64,000 bases of DNA from assembly GCA_051885355.1 (NCBI GenBank), contig JBJEXC010000002.1:10496-74495 (forward strand), written 5' to 3'. This DNA is from Alphaproteobacteria bacterium. GTDB taxonomy: Bacteria > Pseudomonadota > Alphaproteobacteria > Rs-D84 > CACZYB01. How positions within the stretch are numbered: the first letter of the stretch is position 1; every line of letters begins with the position of its first letter. Positions 37,484 through 46,715 of this stretch are shown in pieces. Under the pieces are notes generated by a model. The model had not been told where the DNA came from. It saw only the letters and a list, made by a program, of their open reading frames with translations, and did not search any database. The translations under genes and the position numbers were made by a program.

Positions 37484-39910
37484 ATGTTAAAATTATTTGC
37501 TGAAAAATTTGGTATGGGGGGGGGTAAAAACCCTGTAAAATCAAATAGTTACAAAAACTTTGCAATCTGTCTTTGTTTAATATTTTTTATATCTCTAACT
37601 ATATTTGCTTTGTCTGGTTCTGTGAATGCGGCAAGAAATGTTAGAGGTAACAGAAATGGTGGTGTTAAAAAAACAAGTGGGGCAAAGAAAGCAGGTAATG
37701 TTAATAAATCTAATAGTAGTTCAAATAAATCTATACCTGTAAATGCTAATAGGAAGGCTAGAGCGGCTGTTACTAATAAAAGGTCTGCGACTTCAGGTAA
37801 TGCAAAAAGGGCTGGCGTTTCTGGAAATGTTAGAAAGGCTAGAGTGGTTTCTGCTAGAAAGACTGTTAATAATAGGGCGTTAAGAGGAAAAATAAAAGCC
37901 GAAGAGGAAGCAAGTTTGGAAGAGACAGAAACTTTATCCTCAGAAGTAGTAAATAAGATGTCTGAACATGATAGAAAATTTAAAAAATTAGCTGAGTTGA
38001 AAGGTTTGGCAAACGACTGTCCTGTTGAAAAGGCTCTTGGTAGAAAAATTGATGAAGATGGTGATGAATTTTTCTATACAGGAAAAGAACCTTTTAATGG
38101 AGAAAATTTTTGTGATGAAAGACTTATATTATCTAATCAAATTGCTGATTTATATAAATGGAAAGAAAGTGACAAAGAAAAATATCCTAGGGGTAGTTTG
38201 GATGATAGTGATGAAATTTTTTATTTTAAATGTAAGGAAGGTTATGTTGCTAAAAATAACAGTGATGGTATAAGGACTTGTGTATCAGTTTGTCCTTTGA
38301 ATGTTGCTTTGGAAAAAAGTGCAAGTTATGAAGATAAATATATTTCTCCAACAAATGGTTTGATTTGTTCTGTTCCAGCAAATTCAAAAGCAAGACTTGT
38401 CAAAGATGGTGAAAATACAAGAAGTGATTTGGATGATGAAAATGCTTATATAGTAGAATGTAATGCAAATAAATATTCTGCTGTGTTAGATGGTTCTGAT
38501 TCGGAAGTGCATTATCAATGTTTGACTTGTCCAAGTGGGTATGTGTCCTCTGCTGGTGCAAAATCTGTTGCTGAATGTAAGGAAGAATGTAAAGGGGATA
38601 AGATTAAACTTGATGATGGAAGTTGTGTTGCTTGTGATGCGAATGCTTCTGTATCGGGTAATTCCTGTATCTGTAAAGATGGTTATTATGGTAAGGGATA
38701 TGGAACTGATGGATGTGTGACTTGTCCTTCTGGATATGTATGTTCTGGTGGTGAAAAGAAATCCAAATATGTAAGTGAACAGGCGGAAGAAACATCATCC
38801 AATGAACAACAATCTTGTCCAGAGGGTTCAAAACCTTCCTCTGATGGCACAACTTGTGTTTGTGATGATAGTAATTATACTTTTGATTCAAAATCCAATA
38901 GTTGTGTGGAAAAAGTTTGTGGTTCAAATGAAGTTAAAATGTCAGATGGAACTTGTAAAGCAATATCTAGTTTGGTTGCATCTGAATTTAACAGAGTTGC
39001 CACAGGAAAATCTGGTAATTCCAATTGTCCAACTGGTGATTTGGAGGCTGGTGTCTACTTAGTTACACTTAAAGGTGGTAATGGTGGAAACAGCGGTAGT
39101 AGTGGAAAAAATAAGGCTGGTCAAACAGAGAAAGATGTTTCCGGTGGAAAGGGTGCAAAATTGCAATATGTATTTAAGTTGAGTAAAAATGCAACTTTTG
39201 AAATTTGTGCCGGTGAAAATGGTAAATTGCCTGCTGATACAGATTCTCCAAATGAAGGAGGCGGTGGCGGTGGTGGATCATGGCTTAACATTAATTCACC
39301 TGAATTTTCTGGCGATGTCTACTTTGTTGCCGGTGGTGGTGGCGGTGCATCCGCAGACTATGCTGGTCAAGACGGCGGTGGCGGCGGTGGCGGCGGCGGT
39401 ATTGGTGCCGGTGGTGCTGCTGGTGAAGGTAAAGGTTATAGTTATGGTGGTTACGGTGGTATGAGTGGAAAATACCCTGGTGGAGTATACAAGCAATATA
39501 ATGATAATAATAAAAGTGGTGTAACAAAACTTTACGGTTACATACCTGATATTGCGAAGGGTTTAAATGACAGTAATCCGCTTTTGATGGGTGATTCTGG
39601 TAGAAGCGGTGGTGGTGCCGGTGGTGGAAATGGTGGTGACGGTGGTGACGGTCAAGAATGGTTTGGTAACGCTAATTGTGCAAAGGGTGCTGTTGCAAAT
39701 ATAGATACTATAAACATTATTGACTTTGACGGTAAAGTTACAAAGCAAAGCCAACAATACGGTGGTAAAGGTGGTGTTGCTTGTCAAGCCTCTCACCATA
39801 GAGCCGGATATGATGGTGAAAGTTCACATATTTCGAATATAAACCTTTCGAATTTATGTGGTGGAAGCAATAAGGCTGATGCCTGTGCTGAACTTTACAA
39901 GTTAAAATAA
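37484..39910 (+). CDS. large secreted/anchored protein: basic low-complexity region, Cys-rich ephrin-receptor/TNFR-like repeats, C-terminal polyglycine-rich (ALK/LTK GlyR-like) domain
   Basis: 808 aa. TM/signal segment at aa 26-48, then a K/R/N-rich stretch. More than 40 Cys in CxxCPSGY-type repeats, for example TCVTCPSGYVCSGG. The C-terminus has G6-G10 runs spaced by short beta-like strands (YVFKLSKNATFEICAGENGK / EGGGGGGGSW / VYFVAGGGGGAS / GGGGGGGGGIGAGG). Confidence 0.6.
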   Translation: MLKLFAEKFGMGGGKNPVKSNSYKNFAICLCLIFFISLTIFALSGSVNAARNVRGNRNGGVKKTSGAKKAGNVNKSNSSSNKSIPVNANRKARAAVTNKRSATSGNAKRAGVSGNVRKARVVSARKTVNNRALRGKIKAEEEASLEETETLSSEVVNKMSEHDRKFKKLAELKGLANDCPVEKALGRKIDEDGDEFFYTGKEPFNGENFCDERLILSNQIADLYKWKESDKEKYPRGSLDDSDEIFYFKCKEGYVAKNNSDGIRTCVSVCPLNVALEKSASYEDKYISPTNGLICSVPANSKARLVKDGENTRSDLDDENAYIVECNANKYSAVLDGSDSEVHYQCLTCPSGYVSSAGAKSVAECKEECKGDKIKLDDGSCVACDANASVSGNSCICKDGYYGKGYGTDGCVTCPSGYVCSGGEKKSKYVSEQAEETSSNEQQSCPEGSKPSSDGTTCVCDDSNYTFDSKSNSCVEKVCGSNEVKMSDGTCKAISSLVASEFNRVATGKSGNSNCPTGDLEAGVYLVTLKGGNGGNSGSSGKNKAGQTEKDVSGGKGAKLQYVFKLSKNATFEICAGENGKLPADTDSPNEGGGGGGGSWLNINSPEFSGDVYFVAGGGGGASADYAGQDGGGGGGGGGIGAGGAAGEGKGYSYGGYGGMSGKYPGGVYKQYNDNNKSGVTKLYGYIPDIAKGLNDSNPLLMGDSGRSGGGAGGGNGGDGGDGQEWFGNANCAKGAVANIDTINIIDFDGKVTKQSQQYGGKGGVACQASHHRAGYDGESSHISNINLSNLCGGSNKADACAELYKLK
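37516..37524 (+). repeat. G9 homopolymeric tract in the 5' coding region
   Basis: atGGGGGGGGGt encodes MGGGK; nine consecutive G in an ~30% GC genome. Confidence 0.8.
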
Positions 39911-39934
39911 TAAAAAATGATAGATTTTTTAAAG

Positions 39935-39960
39935 TCGCCCTTTTGTGGGGCGATTTTTTT
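39935..39960. terminator. bidirectional rho-independent terminator
   Basis: tcgccc-ttttgtg-gggcga hairpin followed by T7; sits between the convergent Gly-rich gene and yraN. Confidence 0.6.
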
Positions 39961-40342
39961 ATAGTCCCCAAGCGTTTTCAATGTATTCGTGATTGAAAAA
40001 GTCGTCAAAAAGTATTGCATCGAATCGGCAATCAAAGTTTTCAAATTCCTTATGATTGCTTAGGAAAAATTCGGCGGAGGAATAAATTCTTTTCATTTGG
40101 GTTGTGCCAATTGATTCGCCCGCAAGGGATAAGGTTTTTCGTTTTTTTACCTCTATGAAAAGTAATAATTTTTTCTGTTTGTTTATGGCGATTATATCAA
40201 TTTCGCCGGCTTCAAGTCCATGGCCTACCTGATATCGGGAAGTGAAAATAGAAAAGCCCATATTTTGCAAAATTTCTTTTGCTTTGTTTTCTGCTTCTAT
40301 CCCTATGGAGTAGTTAGTTCTTTTTTGAATTTGATGTTGCAA
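39959..40342 (-). CDS. yraN: YraN (UPF0102) family endonuclease
   Basis: 127 aa; GEIDIIA…IEVKKR PD-(D/E)XK-like pattern typical of YraN. Confidence 0.7.
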   Translation of the reverse strand: MQHQIQKRTNYSIGIEAENKAKEILQNMGFSIFTSRYQVGHGLEAGEIDIIAINKQKKLLLFIEVKKRKTLSLAGESIGTTQMKRIYSSAEFFLSNHKEFENFDCRFDAILFDDFFNHEYIENAWGL

Positions 40343-40958
40343 CCATAGCCTCGCGTATTACTTTGTCGCCTAATTTATATCCTGCTTGAAGTTCGCGTGC
40401 GATGGTGCCCTCCGCTACATTTGGGTCATCGACTTGCATTACTACGCAATGTTGGGCTGGATTAAGTGGTTCGCCAACGGTAGGGATTTTACAGATACCG
40501 TTTTTTTCAAGGGCGGAAATGAAACTGTCTTTTATAGATTTAAGTCCATTGAAGATATTTTCATCCACTTTACCCTCCATTGATGTGAGGGCTAGAGCAA
40601 GGTTATCAGCAAGAGGCAACATATCCTTTGCAAATTTAGAAATTTTGTAATCAACCATATTTTTTGCATCTATTTCGGCTCTGCGTTTAGCGTTTTCGCA
40701 ATCTGCCATTGTGCGGAGGTATCTTTCCTGCCATGAGGAAATTTCTGCCTTTAGATTTTCGATTTTATCGTTTTCGGCTTCACAACCTTCTGGTGCGCAT
40801 TTTACACCTTCGCCACAATCTGCGTTGACTTTGTGATGTTCGCATTCACAATTATGGCAGTGGCATTCTTTATTTTCATTACAGGCGCATTCACAAGTAT
40901 GTTCAGTTTGTTTATTATCCATATTATCGTTGTGTTTGTTTTTGAATTTTTTACTCAT
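40314..40958 (-). CDS. grpE: nucleotide exchange factor GrpE with Cys/His-rich N-terminal extension
   Basis: The GrpE core starts at about aa 65 (…LRTMADCENAKRRAE…). The N-terminal 60 aa contain about 10 Cys and 5 His (TEHTCECACNENKECHCHNCECEHH…CGEGVKCAPEGCE). Confidence 0.85.
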   Translation of the reverse strand: MSKKFKNKHNDNMDNKQTEHTCECACNENKECHCHNCECEHHKVNADCGEGVKCAPEGCEAENDKIENLKAEISSWQERYLRTMADCENAKRRAEIDAKNMVDYKISKFAKDMLPLADNLALALTSMEGKVDENIFNGLKSIKDSFISALEKNGICKIPTVGEPLNPAQHCVVMQVDDPNVAEGTIARELQAGYKLGDKVIREAMVATSNSKKN

Positions 40959-41089
40959 TTTAAATCCTTTGTTTTTATTTCCTTATATAATTATAGATAA
41001 TAATATTATTTTGTTTTTTCAAGTATAAAAAAACTTTTAAATCTTTTATTTTTTTGGTATAATGTGTTTTATGTGTTATGGAGGGTTAA

Positions 41090-41983
41090 ATGAGTGCGAA
41101 ATTGCTTGATGGGAAAAAAACTTCTTTGAAATATATGGAATCTTTTAAATCTTTGATTGAAAAGGTAAAATTAAAGTATAAAAAAGTTCCTTTGCTTACT
41201 GTTGTGTTGGTTGGGGAAAATCCTGCCTCTCTTATTTATGTGAAAAATAAGCGCAAAAGATGTGCGGAAATAGGAATTAAATCCGAGGTTATACATTTAT
41301 CAAAAGATGTCAGTCAAAAGGAGCTTTTGAAAATCATTTCTAAATTGAATAAGAATAAAAAGGTAAATGGAATTTTGGTGCAACTTCCTCTTCCTTCGCA
41401 TATTGATGAAAGTTCTGTAATAAATGCGGTGAGTCCAGAAAAGGATGTTGATGGATTTAATGTTGTAAATAAAGGTAAATTGGCGGTAGGGGATGTGACA
41501 GGTTTTATTCCTTGCACTCCATTTGGGATTTTAAAACTTCTTAAACATTATAAAGTAAAAATAGAAGGGAAAAATGTTGTTATTTTGGGGCGTTCTCTTA
41601 TTGTGGGGAAGCCTATGGCGGAATTGATGCTTCAAAACAATGCGACTGTCACTATTTGCCACAGTAGGACTAAAAATCTTAAGGAGATTGCCAAAAATGC
41701 GGATATAATTATATCTGCGATGGGGGTTAAGGCTGGTATGATTAATGCAAGTTATGTAAAAGAGGGATGTGTAGTTGTTGATGTTGCTATGATAAGGAAT
41801 TTTGAAACAAACAAACTTGCAGGTGATGTGGATTTTAAATCTGTGTCAAAGGTTGCATCATATATTACACCTGTTCCTGGTGGTGTGGGACCTATGACTA
41901 TTGCAATGTTAATGGGTAATACTATAAAGGCTTTTTTAACACAAAATAATATAGAAAATGAGGATACACAAGTTCAAATATAA
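41090..41983 (+). CDS. folD: bifunctional methylenetetrahydrofolate dehydrogenase/cyclohydrolase
   Basis: 297 aa; FolD-typical sequence (…VILGRSLIVGKPMAELML…TVTICHSRTKNL…). Confidence 0.9.
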   Translation: MSAKLLDGKKTSLKYMESFKSLIEKVKLKYKKVPLLTVVLVGENPASLIYVKNKRKRCAEIGIKSEVIHLSKDVSQKELLKIISKLNKNKKVNGILVQLPLPSHIDESSVINAVSPEKDVDGFNVVNKGKLAVGDVTGFIPCTPFGILKLLKHYKVKIEGKNVVILGRSLIVGKPMAELMLQNNATVTICHSRTKNLKEIAKNADIIISAMGVKAGMINASYVKEGCVVVDVAMIRNFETNKLAGDVDFKSVSKVASYITPVPGGVGPMTIAMLMGNTIKAFLTQNNIENEDTQVQI

Positions 41984-43823
41984 ACTTTCTAATGGAGCGA
42001 AGTCGTTTCATTGTGGACCTGCTTATCATAAAAAGATAAGGGGGTTTAAATATACGAAAGGTATTTGGGGTAAGGTGTTTTATTATTTTGTTTGTTGTGG
42101 AATATGGGTTGGAATAATTTTATCTGTTGTGCTTCTTTATTTGGCTTTGACCCTTCCTAATATTGAGCATATTACTAATCAGACGCGTAAGCCAAGTATT
42201 ACAATAGTTGATAGAAATAATCAGAAAATTACTTCTATTAATGATATTTATGGTGAAACAGTAGAGGTGGAAAGTCTTCCTCCTCATATTTGGCAGGCAA
42301 TTGTGGCGGTGGAGGATAAAAGGTTTTATTCTCATTTTGGTGTGGATATTAAGGGACTTTTTCGTGCGGTGGTTAATAATATAAGAAAGAGTCGTGCTGC
42401 ACAAGGGGGAAGCACTATTACTCAGCAAGTGGCGAAAAATGTTTTTCTTTCCAGCGAAAGGTCTATTAGTCGTAAGATACAGGAAGTTATGATAACTTTT
42501 TGGCTTGAGCATAAATTTACGAAAAATCAGATATTATCGTTGTATTTGAATAGAGTTTCTCTTGTAGGTGGAAAGTATGGAATTGCAAATGCGGCGGAGG
42601 CTTTGTTTAATAAATCTGTTTATGATATAAATGTTGCGGAGGCGGCAATACTTGCTGGTATGTTGAAGGCACCAACAAGACTTAATCCTATGAATAATCC
42701 GGAGGCTTCTCTTAATAGGGCGAAAATTGTGATTTCCCTTATGAAGGAGCAAAATTATATAACAGATTCCCAGTATGAAGAGGCTATGAAGTATCAATAT
42801 GTGGCTCCATCAAATAAGCATAATTTGGTAAGGTATTATATTGATTATACCTTGAATGAGATGAATTCTTTGGTAAGTGATTTTTCAAAGGATATAGTGA
42901 TACATACAACTTTAGATAATAATATACAGAAGACGGCGGAAAATGTTGCAAAAACCTATATGGAAAAAAATGGGGAAAGATATAATTTTTCTCAGGTTGC
43001 TATGGTTGTTATGAATACGGACGGAAATATTCTTGCGATGATTGGGGGAAAGGATTATACACAAAGTCAGTTTAATAGGACTAATCAAATGAAGCGTCAA
43101 CCTGGGTCTGCGTTTAAACCTTTTGTTTATTTGGCTGCACTTGAAAAGGGATTTAAGCCGACGGATATGTTTGAGGATAAGTTGACGACTATTGAAAATT
43201 GGACGCCGAAAAATCATGATGAAAAGTATATTGGGGCTATTTCTATGGCTGATGCACTTGAAAAATCGGTTAATACGGTGCCTGTGCAAATTGCAAAGCA
43301 GATAGGGCTTAAAAGCATAATTGCTATGGCGAGAAAACTTGGACTTATTGATAGAATTAGTAATGATTATACTATTATACTTGGAACTTCGGAAACAACA
43401 CTTCTTGACTTGACTTCGGCTTATGCTACTTTTGCGAATAAGGGGTATGGGGTGATTCCTCATTCTATTGTAAAGATAACTGATGCAAGTGGAAATGTTA
43501 TTTATGAGCGAAGTGGAAGTGGTGTTGGAAAACTTCTTTCTAATCAAGAAGTGGAAAATATGAATTATATGTTAAGACGCGTTATACAAGGGGGAACTGG
43601 TGCAAATGCAAATATATATGGGACATATATTTGTGGAAAGACTGGGACAAGTCAGAATAATAGAGATGCTTGGTTTATAGGGTATTCGCCTGATTATATT
43701 GCTGGGGTATGGATAGGTAATGATAATAATGAAGCGATGAGTAATTCCAGTTATGGTGGAACAATTCCAGCAAAGATATTTAAGGCTATTATGAGTTATA
43801 TTATAAGTACTAATCCTTCTTAA
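41958..43823 (+). CDS. mrcA: class A penicillin-binding protein (bifunctional transglycosylase/transpeptidase; short PBP1A-like)
   Basis: GT51 motifs EDKRFYSHFG and GGSTITQQ; transpeptidase SAFK, SVN and KTGT. The N-terminal TM overlaps the folD 3' end. Confidence 0.8.
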   Translation: MRIHKFKYKLSNGAKSFHCGPAYHKKIRGFKYTKGIWGKVFYYFVCCGIWVGIILSVVLLYLALTLPNIEHITNQTRKPSITIVDRNNQKITSINDIYGETVEVESLPPHIWQAIVAVEDKRFYSHFGVDIKGLFRAVVNNIRKSRAAQGGSTITQQVAKNVFLSSERSISRKIQEVMITFWLEHKFTKNQILSLYLNRVSLVGGKYGIANAAEALFNKSVYDINVAEAAILAGMLKAPTRLNPMNNPEASLNRAKIVISLMKEQNYITDSQYEEAMKYQYVAPSNKHNLVRYYIDYTLNEMNSLVSDFSKDIVIHTTLDNNIQKTAENVAKTYMEKNGERYNFSQVAMVVMNTDGNILAMIGGKDYTQSQFNRTNQMKRQPGSAFKPFVYLAALEKGFKPTDMFEDKLTTIENWTPKNHDEKYIGAISMADALEKSVNTVPVQIAKQIGLKSIIAMARKLGLIDRISNDYTIILGTSETTLLDLTSAYATFANKGYGVIPHSIVKITDASGNVIYERSGSGVGKLLSNQEVENMNYMLRRVIQGGTGANANIYGTYICGKTGTSQNNRDAWFIGYSPDYIAGVWIGNDNNEAMSNSSYGGTIPAKIFKAIMSYIISTNPS

Positions 43824-44841
43824 AAAGATGTAGCAATTTTATATACCATGGGTCCTTTGTTTGGGCTTGAAGTTCTCTTAAAAAAGGTTCTAATAGATGA
43901 TAGTTTTTCATCCTTTTAAGTTTATTTAATGTTTTTAAGAAATTTTTGTAATCGGAATGCCATGGTTTCCAGCAAGTATAGATATTAAAATCTTGAGACA
44001 TTTGGGAATTGCTCCAGTTGTCCATTCTCCAAAATAAAGCGGTAGCATTGTATTTGTTTGCCATTTTTACGAAAGCAGGCATTTCTTTGTAATTTAGGGA
44101 ATGTATTACAAAGTTGAAATTGATTTCTGTATTATTTAAAGATTTTATATATTCTAAATTTTGTAAAAGTTGTTCCCATTTTCCACCACGAACAATTTTT
44201 TCGTAGGTTTCTTTTGTTGCAGAGTGAATTGATATGGATATCTCTTTTATTTTTCCTTCTAATCCAATTTCTTTGATATTTTTTTTGTTAAATAAAAGTC
44301 CGTTAGTGCTTAATTCAAATTTTAGATGCGGATATTTATCTGTTAATTTTTTGATAAGGTTTTTTGAATGAGGGCTGGTTAAAAATTCACCACACCCATT
44401 CATATAAATAATTTCTGCATTTTTACATATATCAATGATTTTATCAGTGAAATTGTTAAGATATTCGGTTTCTTGTTTTGTTTCGCAAGTGATATTATCT
44501 CTACACATCATACATCTTACATTACATGAGTCAGTATGACTTAGATAGACTTTTTTTGGATATGGTGGTTTTAGTAAAGTTTCCATTTCTTTTTTGCTTA
44601 AATTTTCTTTATCAAATTCGCAAAATTGGGAGCATTTTTTAAGATTGCAATATTTGTAAGATTTATCTAATATAGATTTTCTAAATTCTATTGCTTTATC
44701 ACCATACCATATTTCCTCAAATGAATTTTCAAAAAAGTTACCTAGGCAATAGTGGTTGTTGTATGCAGAGCAACAAAAGTAGACATATCCACCTGCCTCT
44801 ATAATAACATTTTCGAATGGAAATTTACAATATGTCTTCAT
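43810..44841 (-). CDS. radical SAM protein with N-terminal SPASM-like Cys-rich domain
   Basis: CNVRCMMC (CX3CX2C) at about aa 106. The N-terminal 100 aa contain CKFPFENVIIEAGGYVYFCC…GNFFENSFEEIWYG…C..C…C, a SPASM/twitch-like pattern. Located 12 bp downstream of mnmG. Confidence 0.65.
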   Translation of the reverse strand: MKTYCKFPFENVIIEAGGYVYFCCSAYNNHYCLGNFFENSFEEIWYGDKAIEFRKSILDKSYKYCNLKKCSQFCEFDKENLSKKEMETLLKPPYPKKVYLSHTDSCNVRCMMCRDNITCETKQETEYLNNFTDKIIDICKNAEIIYMNGCGEFLTSPHSKNLIKKLTDKYPHLKFELSTNGLLFNKKNIKEIGLEGKIKEISISIHSATKETYEKIVRGGKWEQLLQNLEYIKSLNNTEINFNFVIHSLNYKEMPAFVKMANKYNATALFWRMDNWSNSQMSQDFNIYTCWKPWHSDYKNFLKTLNKLKRMKNYHLLEPFLRELQAQTKDPWYIKLLHLFKKD

Positions 44842-44853
44842 TTTTCCCCTTTG

Positions 44854-46695
44854 TTATTTCTTAACATACTTTAGAAGGGATGTCAAGGCGGCAGGGGTTA
44901 TTCCAGGTATTCGTGAAGCAGAGGCAAGAGTTTCTGGTTTTGTAGTTTTAAGTTTGTTTTTTACCTCTAATGTAAGACCGCCTATTTTATCATAATTAAT
45001 GTTTGCTGGGATTTTTAGGCTTTGATCTTTTTTGTATGCCTCTATATCCTTTTCTTGTCGTTTAAGATAGCCTTGATATTTACCCTCTATTTCAATTTGT
45101 TTTACGATAGAATTTTCAAAGGTATCAATTTTTGGGAAAAGTTTTCTTAATACTACCATATCAATTTCAGCATAGCGGAGGGCATCGTATAAATTTTTTC
45201 CGGCGATGCCTGCGACATTGATATTGACACTTTTAAGTAGTTTAAGATTTAGTTTGTGGGAGGTTAAGAATTTTTTAAAATCCTCCATCTTTTTAATTTT
45301 TTCATTAAAAAAGCCGGCTCTTTTGTTACTTACTACACCAATTTTGATACCGATAGGGGTTAGTCGTTGGTCGGCGTTGTCCGCCCTTATAGAAAGGCGA
45401 TATTCGGAGCGGGAGGTGAACATTCGGTATGGCTCATCTACACCAAGGGTTGTAATATCATCAACTAAGACACCAATATAAGCTTGGGAACGATCAAGTG
45501 TGATTTCATCACAACCCTTTGCGAAAAGTCCGGCATTGATACCGGCGAGTATTCCCTGTGAAGCGGCCTCTTCGTATCCGCTGGTGCCATTTATTTGACC
45601 GGCAAAGTAAAGTCCCTTTATTCGTTTAGAACCCAAAGTTGGTTTTAATTCTCTTGCATCAATTGCATCGTATTCAATTGCGTATCCATAGCGAAGAATT
45701 TTTACATTTTCCAAACCCTTTATAGAGTGGATAAAGTCTTCTTGCACATCCTTTGGAAGGGAAGTTGAAATACCGTTTGGATAAATGACATCGGAGCCAT
45801 AACCTTCTTGTTCCAAAAATATATGATGAGATTCGTGATGGGCGAATCTGACAACTTTATCCTCTATACTTGGGCAATATCTAGGTCCAATAGATTTTAT
45901 TTGTCCGTTATAAAGTGGGGTTCGGTCCTTATTATCAGTAATAATTTTATGGGTTTTGAGATTTGTATAAGTGATGTAGCAAGGAAGCATTTCTTGACTT
46001 ATTTTTTCGGTCATATATGAAAAAGCCTCTGGCACTTCATCACTTTCTTGGCATTCAAGTTCGGAGTAATTAATAGTTTTTTTTGAAAGGCGAGCAGGGG
46101 TTCCAGTTTTAAGTCGTAAAATGGAAAAGCCGGCTTTTTTGAGCGATTCTGTTATTCCGTAGGAGGCATTTTCACCAATTCTTCCACCTATGGTTTTTTC
46201 CTCTCCCGTATGCATAATGCCATTTAAAAATGTTCCGGTTGTAAGGACAACTGACTTACAATCTATTTGTCTTTTGGATTTTAAAACAACACCATTTACA
46301 GATGAAAAATCGTTATTAAATAAGATTTCAATAACTTCATCTTCTATTATATCAAGGGTTTTATATTCTGATAGAATTTCGTTGACTGCTTTTTTATAAA
46401 GGGTTCTGTCTGCTTGTGCTCGAGGGCCTTGGACTGCGGCACCCTTTGATGCGTTAAGGACACGAAATTGGGTTCCGGCTTTATCAATAGCCCTTGCCAT
46501 AACACCATCTAAAGCATCAATTTCACGGACAAGATGACCTTTCCCCAAACCACCGATAGATGGGTTACAACTCATTTCGCCAATATTTCCTTTTGAAAAA
46601 GTTATAAGGGCGGTTTTTTGCCCTAATCTTGCAGAAGCACTTGCTGCTTCAATACCTGCATGTCCGGCACCGACAACAACTACATCGTATTCCAT
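44854..46695 (-). CDS. mnmG: tRNA uridine 5-carboxymethylaminomethyl modification enzyme MnmG (GidA)
   Basis: 613 aa; FAD-binding YDVVVVGAGHAG; characteristic MnmG sequence. Confidence 0.9.
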   Translation of the reverse strand: MEYDVVVVGAGHAGIEAASASARLGQKTALITFSKGNIGEMSCNPSIGGLGKGHLVREIDALDGVMARAIDKAGTQFRVLNASKGAAVQGPRAQADRTLYKKAVNEILSEYKTLDIIEDEVIEILFNNDFSSVNGVVLKSKRQIDCKSVVLTTGTFLNGIMHTGEEKTIGGRIGENASYGITESLKKAGFSILRLKTGTPARLSKKTINYSELECQESDEVPEAFSYMTEKISQEMLPCYITYTNLKTHKIITDNKDRTPLYNGQIKSIGPRYCPSIEDKVVRFAHHESHHIFLEQEGYGSDVIYPNGISTSLPKDVQEDFIHSIKGLENVKILRYGYAIEYDAIDARELKPTLGSKRIKGLYFAGQINGTSGYEEAASQGILAGINAGLFAKGCDEITLDRSQAYIGVLVDDITTLGVDEPYRMFTSRSEYRLSIRADNADQRLTPIGIKIGVVSNKRAGFFNEKIKKMEDFKKFLTSHKLNLKLLKSVNINVAGIAGKNLYDALRYAEIDMVVLRKLFPKIDTFENSIVKQIEIEGKYQGYLKRQEKDIEAYKKDQSLKIPANINYDKIGGLTLEVKNKLKTTKPETLASASRIPGITPAALTSLLKYVKK

Positions 46696-46715
46696 AGTAT
46701 AAGCCTTTTAAAAAA

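Noticed and set aside
38604-39799. Several minus- and plus-strand ORFs (His/Thr/Val-rich, 60-107 aa) inside the Gly-rich gene
   Set aside because: They are alternative-frame readings of the GGN/GGT codon repeats and Cys-repeat region of the 37484..39910 gene. They have no SD and are fully nested, so they are frame artefacts.
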